Assembly: GCF_006345805.1 (NCBI RefSeq)
Contig: NC_043018.1
Location: 2,046,001-2,110,000 of the forward strand
Direction of reading: 5' to 3'
Length of the DNA: 64,000 bases
Source: Octopus sinensis
Taxonomy: Eukaryota
Shown here: piece after piece, positions 54,071 through 64,000 of the stretch
How positions within the stretch are numbered: position 1 is the stretch's first letter
Layout of the letters: every line of letters starts with the position of its first letter
Made by a program: the position numbers and the translations under genes
Notes under the pieces: generated by a model
Database searches by the model: none
Told to the model about the DNA's origin: nothing
The model's input: only the letters and a program-made list of their open reading frames with translations

Positions 54071-54675
54071 TATACATGAATACATATATGAATATACATG
54101 AATAAATATATATATACACTACAAAGTAGAATTTTCTAATTCTTACGCTATCCTAAAACTTGATCTCGAAACGTACGTCCGTAGGTAACGTAAAATTGCA
54201 TGATGGATTGCCGTCATTTCATTCTTTCTTTCTTACCTGTCTGTGTTTGCCTTTCAAGTGCTGTGTTTTTACTGAGATCCCCCTTTTAGTAGAAGGAATA
54301 GCTATATCTCTTTGACTGCTATTTCTAAATTCGGTGTGTTGGTGAGGCAATTCGTTGCTAAACCCTTAATTACTTAGTATTACTTAAATTTTCCTCGAAT
54401 GGGGCTTTTACATGCTGAAATCTACTTGGTGTAATTGATAATTATCCCTAATTAATTAGTTTCACCTTTTATTATTACTGATAACCATATTTTATCCCAG
54501 TAAATGACCACAGCATTTTATCTTGGCTACACGCGGGTGGAAGGGGGCTGGTGACACAAACTTTCATTCAAACTTTGAATTTCGTGGTACTGGTCATGCT
54601 TTAGCTCGCTCTGAGTTGAGATGATGCATTCTAGTATCTCAAAATTTAATATACAATTATTCATAATTGTAGTAT

Positions 54676-54767
54676 CCTGCGCCGATGAGAGAAGAAGTAC
54701 GGGTAAAGTAGAATTTTCTAATTCTTACGCTATCCTAAAACTTGATCTCGAAACGTACGTCCGTAGG
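54676..54767 (+). ncRNA. Type I hammerhead ribozyme, junction 1 (intact)
   Basis: cctgcg-CCGATGA-gaga[53 nt]tctc-GAAAC-gtac-GTC|cgtagg; predicted cleavage after 54761. Confidence 0.85.
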
Positions 54768-55256
54768 TAACGTAAAATTGCATGATGGATTGCCGTCATT
54801 TCATTCTTTCTTTCTTACCTGTCTGTGTTTGCCTTTCAAGTGCTGTGTTTTTACTGAGATCCCCCTTTTAGTAGAAGGAATAGCTATATCTCTTTGACTG
54901 CTATTTCTAAATTCGGTGTGTTGGTGAGGCAATTCGTTGCTAAACCCTTAATTACTTAGTATTACTTAATTTTCCTCGAATGGGGCTTTTACATGCTGAA
55001 ATCTACTTGGTGTAATTGATAATTATCCCTAATTAATTAGTTTCACCTTTTATTATTACTGATAACCATATTTTATCCCAGTAAATGACCACAGCATTTT
55101 ATCTTGGCTACACGCGGGTGGAAGGGGGCTGGTGACACAGACTTTCATTCAAACTTTGAATTTCGTGGTACTGGTCATGCTTTAGCTCGCTCTGAGTTGA
55201 GATGATGCATTCTAGTATCTCAAAATTTAATATACAATTATTCATAATTGTAGTAT

Positions 55257-55352
55257 CCTGCGCCGATGAGAAAGAAGTACGGGTAAAGTAGAATTTTCTA
55301 ATTCTTACGCTATCCTAAAACTTGATCTCGAAACGTACGTCCGTACCGTAGG
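55257..55352 (+). ncRNA. Hammerhead, junction 2 (stem II 1-nt deletion; 5-nt duplication after the site)
   Basis: CCGATGA-gaaag...tctc-GAAACgtacGTC|cgtaccgtagg; site after 55341. Confidence 0.7.
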
Positions 55353-55842
55353 TAACGTAAAATTGCATGATGGATTGCCGTCATTTCATTCTTTTTTCTT
55401 ACCTGTCTGTGTTTGCCTTTCAAGTGCTGTGTTTTTACTGAGATCCCCCTTTTAGTAGAAGGAATAGCTATATCTTTTGACTGCTATTTCTAAATTCGGT
55501 GTGTTGGTGAGGGAGGCAATTCGTTGCTAAACCCTTAATTACTTAGTATTACTTAAATTTCCTCGAATGGGGCTTTTACATGCTGAAATCTACTTGGTGT
55601 AATTGATAATTATCCCTAATAATTAGTTTCACCTTTTATTATTACTGATAACCATATTTTATCCCAGTAAATGACCACAGCATTTTATCTTGGCTACACG
55701 CGGGTGGAAGGGGGCTGGTGACACAAACTTTCATTCAAACTTTGAATTTCGTGGTACTGGTCATGCTTTAGCTCGCTCTGAGTTGAGATGATGCATTCTA
55801 GTATCTCAAAATTTAATATACAATTATTCATAATTGTAGTAT

Positions 55843-55934
55843 CCTGCGCCGATGAGAGAAGAAGTACGGGTAAAGTAGAATTTTCTAATTCTTACGCTAT
55901 CCTAAAACTTGATCTCGAAACGTACGTCCGTAGG
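55843..55934 (+). ncRNA. Hammerhead, junction 3 (intact)
   Basis: Same as junction 1; site after 55928. Confidence 0.85.
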
Positions 55935-56422
55935 TAACGTAAAATTGCATGATGGATTGCCGTCATTTCATTCTTTCTTTCTTACCTGTCTGTGTTTGCC
56001 TTTCAAGTGCTGTGTTTTTACTGAGATCCCCCTTTTAGTAGAAGGAATAGCTATATCTCTTTGACTGCTATTTCTAAATTCGGTGTGTTGGTGAGGCAAT
56101 TCGTTGCTAACCCTTAATTACTTAGTATTACTTAAATTTTCCTCGAATGGGGCTTTTACATGCTGAAATCTACTTGGTGTAATTGATAATTATCCCTAAT
56201 TAATTAGTTTCACCTTTTATTATTACTGATAACCATATTTTATCCCAGTAAATGACCACAGCATTTTATCTTGGCTACACGCGGGTGGAAGGGGGCTGGT
56301 GACACAAACTTTCATTCAAACTTTGAATTTCGTGGTACTGGTCATGCTTTAGCTCGCTCTGAGTTGAGATGATGCATTCTAGTATCTCAAAATTTAATAT
56401 ACATTATTCATAATTGTAGTAT

Positions 56423-56514
56423 CCTGCGCCGATGAGAGAAGAAGTACGGGTAAAGTAGAATATTCTAATTCTTACGCTATCCTAAAACTTGATCTCGAAA
56501 CGTACGTCCGTAGG
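56423..56514 (+). ncRNA. Hammerhead, junction 4 (intact)
   Basis: One substitution, in the stem II insert only; site after 56508. Confidence 0.85.
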
Positions 56515-57002
56515 TAACGTAAAATTGCATGATGGATTGCCGTCATTTCATTCTTTCTTTCTTACCTGTCTGTGTTTGCCTTTCAAGTGCTGTGTTTTTA
56601 CTGAGATCCCCCTTTTAGTAGAAGGAATAGCTATATCTTTGACTGCTATTTCTAAATTCGGTGTGTTGGTGAGGCAATTCGTTGCTAAACCCTTAATTAC
56701 TTAGTATTACTTAAATTTTCCTCGAATGGGGCTTTTACATGCTGAAATCTACTTGGTGTAATTGATAATTATCCCTAATTAATTAGTTTCACCTTTTATT
56801 ATTACTGATAACCATATTTTATCCCAGTAAATGACCACAGCATTTTATCTTGGCTACACGCGGGTGGAAGGGGGCTGGTGACACAAACTTTCATTCAAAC
56901 TTTGAATTTCGTGGTACTGGTCATGCTTTAGCTCGCTCTGAGTTGAGATGATGCATTCTAGTATCTCAAAATTTAATATACAATTATTCATAATTGTAGT
57001 AT

Positions 57003-57095
57003 CCTGCGCGCGATGAGAGAAGAAGTACGGGTAAAGTAGAATTTTCTAATTCTTACGCTATCTAAAAACTTGATCTCGAAACGTACGTCCGTAGG
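57003..57095 (+). ncRNA. Hammerhead, junction 5 (G inserted in core)
   Basis: cctgcg-cGcgatga; site position 57089. Confidence 0.6.
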
Positions 57096-57584
57096 TAACG
57101 TAAAATTGCATGATGGATTGCCGTCATTTCATTCTTTCTTTCTTACCTGTCTGTGTTTGCCTTTCAAGTGCTGTGTTTTTACTGAGATCCCCCTTTTAGT
57201 AGAAGGAATAGCTATATCTCTTTGACTGCTATTTCTAAATTCGGTGTGTTGGTGAGGCAATTCGTTGCTAAACCCTTAATTACTTAGTATTACTTAAATT
57301 TTCCTCGAATGGGGCTTTTACATGCTGAAATCTACTTGGTGTAATTGATAATTATCCCTAATTAATTAGTTTCACCTTTTATTATTACTGATAACCATTT
57401 TTATCCCAGTAAATGACCACAGCATTTTATCTTGGCTACACGCGGGTGGAAGGGGGCTGGTGACACAAACTTTCATTCAAACTTTGAATTTCGTGGTACT
57501 GGTCATGCTTTAGCTCGCTCTGAGTTGAGATGATGCATTCTAGTATCTCAAAATTTAATATACAATTATTCATAATTGTAGTAT

Positions 57585-57675
57585 CCTGCGCCGATGGAGA
57601 AGAAGTACGGGTAAAGTAGAATTTTCTAATTCTTACGCTATCCTAAAACTTGATCTCGAAACGTACGTCCGTAGG
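57585..57675 (+). ncRNA. Hammerhead, junction 6 (core A9 deleted)
   Basis: cctgcg-ccgatg-gaga; site position 57669. Confidence 0.6.
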
Positions 57676-57972
57676 TAACGTAAAATTGCATGATGGATTG
57701 CCGTCATTTCATTCTTTCTTTCTTACCTGTCTGTGTTTGCCTTTCAAGTGCTGTGTTTTTACTGAGATCCCCCTTTTAGTAGAAGGAATAGCTATATCTC
57801 TTGACTGCTATTTCTAAATTCGGTGTGTGTTGGTGAGGCAATTCGTTGCTAAACCCTTAATTACTTAGTATTACTTAAATTTTCCTCGAATGGGGCTTTT
57901 ACATGCTGAAATCTACTTGGTGTAATTGATAATTATCCCTAATTAATTAGTTTCACCTTTTATTATTACTGA

Positions 57973-58017
<45 letters not shown>

Positions 58018-58020
58018 AAT

Positions 58021-58267
58021 ATTAGGGAATAAATCCAAATTTACAGGGAAAAAAATCATGTTTTATGTCCTTGTCAGGAAACCTTTCGCCACACATCCTG
58101 TGACCTCTTCATAATTTGAAACTCACTTATTGGAAGTCCACCTGAAGATTGACGATCAAGACAAGAAACGATTGTAGTGGCGGTTTTTTTGACTATTTAT
58201 TAAAATTTTATGTATTGATTAAGTCTTTCCTTGTTTGTTTTGCAAAATAGTGGTTTTGTCTCTAATA

Positions 58268-58275
<8 letters not shown>
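58021..58275. mobile_element. Penelope-like terminal-repeat relic (inverted pieces, interrupted)
   Basis: 58021-58058 matches 41879-41916; 58130-58275 is the reverse complement of about 41950-42097. Confidence 0.7.
58138..58180 (+). ncRNA. Minimal type I hammerhead ribozyme
   Basis: CCAC-CTGAAGA-ttgac gatcaa gacaa-GAAAC-gatt-GTA|GTGG. One A-A mismatch in stem II; site after 58176. Confidence 0.82.
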
Positions 58276-58298
<23 letters not shown>

Positions 58299-58495
58299 GT
58301 TTCTGAATGGTCTTTTTCTGCCCAAGTACATATTTGCACTATACATCCGTTCTTCACTTCAGATTTCAGATTTATTGTTTTCGTTTTATGTCCTTTGTCA
58401 GGAAACCTTTCGCCACACATCCTGTGACCTCTTCAGCGACTCTCCATCGTGCGTGTCTCTTGTTCTGTTTAGTCGTCCATTCTTTCTCTCCAACC

Positions 58496-58530
<35 letters not shown>

Positions 58531-59185
58531 CCATAGATATACATACATATTCACAAACACACACACATACACACACATGCATAACTGCATACTGACAACA
58601 CCGTCTGTATACATAAACTGTGAACGGTTTGAAATAACAGGCAAATCTTTCCCAAATCACATCCTACTGTCCTTTAAAATGGTATCACATATAGATAAAT
58701 TGTTTTAGCAATAGGCACAAAGCCCGAAATTTTAAGAACAGGGAGCTAGTTAATTACACTGACCCCAGTATTCTTAACGGACCGCGACAGGATGAAAAGC
58801 GAAGCAGAGGTCAGCAGTATCCAGCGCAGGATGCCAAACCAGAAAAATTACCGCTGTGCATATTCTAGAGGGTGGCTAACGATTTTACCTGCTCGTCGCC
58901 ATCAACGCATACAGAACAATCCCCTTTAATATAGGCAACCAGGCGTGAAGCATGGCGGGAGGGAGGCATCAACCCCCGTGCTGAAGAGACTGTTATTTTA
59001 TCGACACCCAAAACAACGAAAGGTAATATCGACCTCGGCGGTATTTGAACGCCGAATCTGAAGGTAGACAAAATACTCATTTCTTTACTACCCACAAGGG
59101 GCTAAACACAGAGGGGACAAACAAGGACAGAAACGTGGATCAAGTCGATTACATCGACTCCAGTGTGTAACTGGTACTTATTTAA

Positions 59186-59419
59186 GGCGGCGAGCTGGCA
59201 GAAACGTTAGCACGCCGGGCGAAATGCGTAGCCGTATTTCGTCTGCCGTTAGGTTCTGAGTTCAAATTCCGCCGAGGTTGACTTTGCCTTTCATCCTTTC
59301 GGGGTCGATTAAATAAGTACCAGTTACGCACTGGGGTCGATATCATCGACTTAATCCGTTTGTCTGTCCTTGTTTGTCCTCTCTGTGTTTAGCCCCTTGT
59401 GGGTAGTAAAGAAATAGGT
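59186..59419 (+). mobile_element. Full-length SINE family A nested antisense in another family A copy
   Basis: Direct repeat ggtacttatttaa at 59173-59185 and 59417-59429. Host minus-strand copy at about 59075-59185 plus 59420-59545. Confidence 0.92.
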
Positions 59420-59942
59420 ACTTATTTAATCGAGCCCGAAAGGATGAAAGGTAATGTCGACCTCGGCGGTATTTGAACCCCGAATATGAAGACAGACAAA
59501 ACGCCGTTAAGCATTGCGTCCGGCCGGGCTAACAATGCCTCCATCGCATATAGAAAAAGGAAATTTCGAATTATACTGTATTCATATCTAAATTCTCTAC
59601 GACTTTCTTCTTTTCTCTTTTCTTTTTCTCGCTCCCCCTCTCTCACTTTCTTGACATTTTCTTTCTTTCCATTTTCCTTTTCTCGCTCTCCTCTCTCATG
59701 TTTCTTGGTATTATCTTTCTTTAATCTCTCTGCATTCCTCTGTTACCTCCCTTGTACTCTTCTCTCTCTCTCTCTCTCTCTCCCTAGTTCCTTCCCTCTC
59801 TAGTTCTCTGTTCCCTACCTCTCTCTGTTCCTCCCACGTGAGCGCTGCTCGGCTACCGAATAATTGTCACGTATTTACAGATAAATTCCTCTATTTACAT
59901 AATATCGTGTTCACTTTCATTCTTTTGTTGTCTTACCATTTC

Positions 59943-60268
<326 letters not shown>

Positions 60269-60348
60269 TATATAATATATATATATATATATACACATAT
60301 ATATTATATATATATATGTATACTAAAATATACTAAAATTAGTATATT

Positions 60349-60391
<43 letters not shown>

Positions 60392-61137
60392 ATGGATACA
60401 CTTACGTAAGTCGACTCATACATATAAACATTTATCAGCAAGGTAAAATATTCTTAAATTATAATTATATCGATTGTATTTCCTCATGTAGTTAAGAATG
60501 GTAATTACATAATTATAATGAGTAGTTACATAAAGAAGTTACATAACTGGTAATAAACTGTAGCTAACATGGAGCCTTCACGTGGAGAAGCTGTATTAGA
60601 GACCCATATAATATCCATGGACTCAGTTTTCAGTCTAAAGAATTCCATTTAGTCTAATGCTGTTTCACTGTTGCTGTTTTGTAATTACTCCAGCTGTGCA
60701 TTTATTGATATCGTATTCGCTTTTACATTCATTATGCAAGAATATTCAGATTATTAACTTCGGTTCTTGTAAATTCAAGCAGAAGAATAAAGTGCTGCGC
60801 TTGTTTATGTGCTGAGAAATTACCGAATATTATAAACAAATCGAGGAAAACCAGAATATTGGTAAAAGCAGCCAAATCCCATTCAACAAAGATTGATGAG
60901 AAAAATATATCACATTTTTTTTCATATTTGAAATATATCGATAAATGAAACCCGAAAAAAAAAAGCTTAAGGGAAAATAAGCGCTGGTATAGCTGTTGGT
61001 TAAAGAAGTCCGAGTCTCAAGAATGGTTGTAGGTTGAAACCCACCACACAGCAAACTGGAAAAATAGCATACCGACGAATTTCTTGTGAATGAATCTGTA
61101 TAAGACAGAACCATGCGGTAGAATATCGTATATATAT

Positions 61138-61524
61138 TTCTTTTACTTGTTTCAGTCATTTGACTGCGGCCATGCTGGAGCACCGCCTTTAGTCGAACAA
61201 ATCGACCCCGAGACTTATTCTTTGTAAGCCCAGTACTTATTCTATCGGTCTCTTTTGCCGAACCGCTAAGTGACGGGGTCGTAAACACACCAGCATCGGT
61301 CGTCAAGCAATGCTAGGGGGACAAACACAGACACACATACACACATACATATGTATATACATATATACGACAGGCTTCTTTCAGTTTCCGTCTACCAAAT
61401 CCACTCACAAGGCATTGGTAGGCCCGGGGCTATAGCAGAAGACACTTGCCCAAGATGCCACGCAGTGAGATTGAACCCGGAACCATGTGATTGGTTAGCA
61501 AGCTACTTACCACACAGCCACTCC

Positions 61525-61525
<1 letters not shown>
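61138..61525 (-). mobile_element. SINE family B, full length
   Basis: Close reverse-complement match to 22357-22755. Confidence 0.92.
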
Positions 61526-61561
<36 letters not shown>

Positions 61562-62169
61562 ATGATGGGGGTGCCGTTATGAATTAGTTTTTGTCAAACT
61601 ACAGATAGACAAAGATGATCGTTAGTTTATCTCTCCGTACTCTCGTACTTCAGTAATAAAGAGCAATAGAAGGATTAAAAATCTGTGCTGGCTTTAAGGC
61701 AGTACATTACCATAGACGCTCTCTAATCACTGAAACATTGAAAAGACTAAAAGAGTAAACGAATGAAGGGGCTTCTCAGAAATCGACGTCTTTTCACCGT
61801 ACATTTTCCTAATCGATGTTGTGTTGGTCGTAAGTAAAAATAATACTGAGTTCCTGATTGAAAGCAAGGCGCTTAATACCCTCCAAGAAATAACAGCTAA
61901 ATTCTTCTGAAACGAAACCCAGCGTTTAAGAAGAGACGCAAATCTTTATGCCGTGTGTTGAAATTGCGCCGAGGTCCATTTTACCTTTCGTCTTTTCCTG
62001 GTCAAGTACTGCGATGTAAGTAATCGACTTCTGCATCCCATAACATCTCATTCCTCCATATCCCCTTGTGTGTGGATTGGGTTGACGGAAACTGAAAGAA
62101 GTCCGTCGTATATATATGTAAATATATATATACATATATATATATATTCTCGGTCACAAAGAACATCTA

Positions 62170-62600
62170 TACACCCTCACCCACATGATTGACCGATGCC
62201 TGACCCGTTGAATTCTTCAACCACCGGTTCTCAACATGCACTGATAAACAGTTTCGCCATGGGCTCTTAGGAGCACAGTTCGATTTGTTTTTTGCTCCGC
62301 CTCTGTTCTGTTTTTGTTTTTCCAACGGATTTCCTTCTTTCTTCCTGAAGAGAAAGACACAATATGGTCCCATTATTCAATCGGATTTTGGTAATTTGTG
62401 CTTTCGAAACACGTGTAGAATGAAATAAAACGATTTCTGTTCAATCTGCGTTCAGCTCCATTTCTTCAATTCACCAATAATGTTTTAATTTCAATTATCC
62501 GCACCAACGCACGGTTGCAACGCCAGATGGTTGTACCTCCAACCGCGCTGTTTACTGCTGTGATTTTTGCTACTAAGGTATCGGTTAAACTTTTGATTAA
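62170..62600 (-). pseudogene. Possible mariner transposase 5' relic
   Basis: Minus 'MELN' start and 'RNCLSVHVENRWLKNSTGQASV' loosely match the mariner HTH 'ENCLS...V-RW-K-FK-G--SV'; heavily decayed. Confidence 0.35.
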
Positions 62601-62630
62601 TCTACTACAAGATTATTCATCTTTCTATTT

Positions 62631-62664
<34 letters not shown>

Positions 62665-63599
62665 TATGTGTTTGTGTGTGTGTGTTGGTGTTTGTGTGCT
62701 TGTCATTGTCATGGTTGAAATCAATTATATCAAAACTTGTAGTCAAGGGAACTGATGTGGTTTAGAGTAACAAAAATATTAATAGTTTCTGGTTTAGGGA
62801 AACGGTTAACACTTCTTAGAAGAGCGACTTTTACGATTCCCTCAATCCCAGTAATCTATCTTGTGGACTCTTCCGGGATCACTACAAATTTGATCCTGCT
62901 GGTGTACAATTTCAGAATACAAAACACCAGAGATTAAAGACGGATGAAATGATGCTACGCATTTTGTCCGGCGTGCTAACGATTCGGCTAGCTAACTTTG
63001 TTTTTCATTACAATAATATTCCTTTCAGCTATAGAGCCAAGACTTGATAATTTTGGAGGAAACGGTATAGTCGATTACATTGACCCAAGGGGTCAAATGC
63101 TTATTATTTCACCGACGTCTAAGAATGAAAGGCTGGAATTTGAACTTTAAACATTAAACTGGAAGAAATTCCGTTTATCGTTTTGTCCTCTGTGCTAACA
63201 TTTCGGCCAGCTTTCCCTCTTTTTCATGACAAAAATAATCCCCTCAACTCTGCGGCCAAATACCTGAAAATTTTGGCGGTAAAGGTGACGGTCGATTATA
63301 TCGATCCAAGTGGTCAAATGGTAATTCTTTCATCGGCAGAATTTGAGCTGGAAGAAATGTTGCTGAGCCTTTTCTCCCGTGTGCTAACGTTTCTGCCCGC
63401 TCACCGTCTTATAACTTGCACTTATGTTGTCGACACCTTTATGATGAAACACAAAGAAGACCTCTGCTGAATTTGAACTCGGAACATAGAACACGAAAAA
63501 TTCCGCTGGGTAATACTCAGTCGTTTTATGGATGCAGCAAATGGATCATCTTAATAACAAGGAGAGTGGTTTCAAATTTTGGCACAAAGGCAGACATTT

Positions 63600-63868
63600 T
63601 CGGGGGGTAAGTCGACACCAGTACTTTTTTCTTTTCTTTTTAAGCTTAGTACGTATTCTATCGGCCATTTTTGCGAAACACTAAATTCCCCCCCCCACAC
63701 ACACATTACGGTACATCTCTCACTTTCCATTTACCAAATTCACTAACAAGGCCTTGGTTAGTCCGAGGCTATAATACATAGAAGGAACTTGCTCAAAGTG
63801 CAACGCAATGGAACTGAACCCAGAAGCCTGTGGTTGGGAAGCAAGCTTCTTACCACGCAGTCACTCAT
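63600..63868 (-). mobile_element. Degenerate SINE family B
   Basis: ggaactgaacccagaagcctgtggttgggaagcaagcttcttaccacgcagtcact head in reverse. Confidence 0.7.
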
Positions 63869-64000
63869 CGTAATAACAATAGTTTTGAGGGTAGAATAAA
63901 AACGATTTTCCCTTAATACATTTAACGGGTTTTGTTTTGTTTTTATTTAATTCATTAAATACTCTGAACTCGTGTTTCTCTTCATATTATTAGGAGGTTA

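Larger units (their letters stand above)
54123..57976 (+). repeat. Tandem array of ~581-bp units (6 full + ~0.6) with a hammerhead at each junction; candidate non-LTR retrozyme
   Basis: Unit starts at 54123, 54705, 55285, 55872, 56452, 57033 and 57613. Copies differ mainly by 1-5 nt indels. (TA)n lies on both sides. Confidence 0.95.

Noticed and set aside
56489-56704. 71-aa ORF in one array unit
   Set aside because: It is open only because of a 2-nt deletion in that copy (and a similar one in unit 3). The other units stop after about 52 codons, and it starts at TTG.
54123-57976. Array as CRISPR, rDNA/5S repeat, or ambisense (two-ribozyme) viroid-like element
   Set aside because: There are no variable spacers and no rRNA similarity, and I found no hammerhead core on the minus strand of the unit.

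Overview
AT-rich, repeat-dense eukaryotic DNA with a 100-N scaffold gap at 44222-44321. The microsatellite load and the tRNA-derived SINE families suggest an octopus (coleoid cephalopod) genome; this is inference. No intact protein-coding gene is supported. Nearly all ORF-track entries are translations of (TA)n, (CA)n, (GAT)n, (AAT)n or (GAA)n microsatellites. The window holds three SINE families (my labels A, B, C), decayed LINE pieces (CR1/L2-like, L1/Tx1-like, RTE, R4/Dong), mariner and Tc1 MITEs, a non-autonomous Helitron, a Merlin (IS1595-like) transposase relic and several Penelope-like terminal-repeat relics. The main finding is a near-identical tandem array of about 6.6 copies of a ~581-bp unit (54123-57976). 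Each unit junction spells a type I hammerhead ribozyme: stem I cctgcg/cgtagg, core CCGAUGA, stem II gaga/tctc with a 53-nt insert, GAAAC, palindromic stem III ACGUACGU and a GUC cleavage site. This is the architecture of a non-LTR retrozyme predicted to yield a ~581-nt self-cleaving, circularisable RNA. Three other minimal hammerheads lie in Penelope-like repeats (37886-37923, 42049-42091, 58138-58180), one of them about 160 bp from the array.
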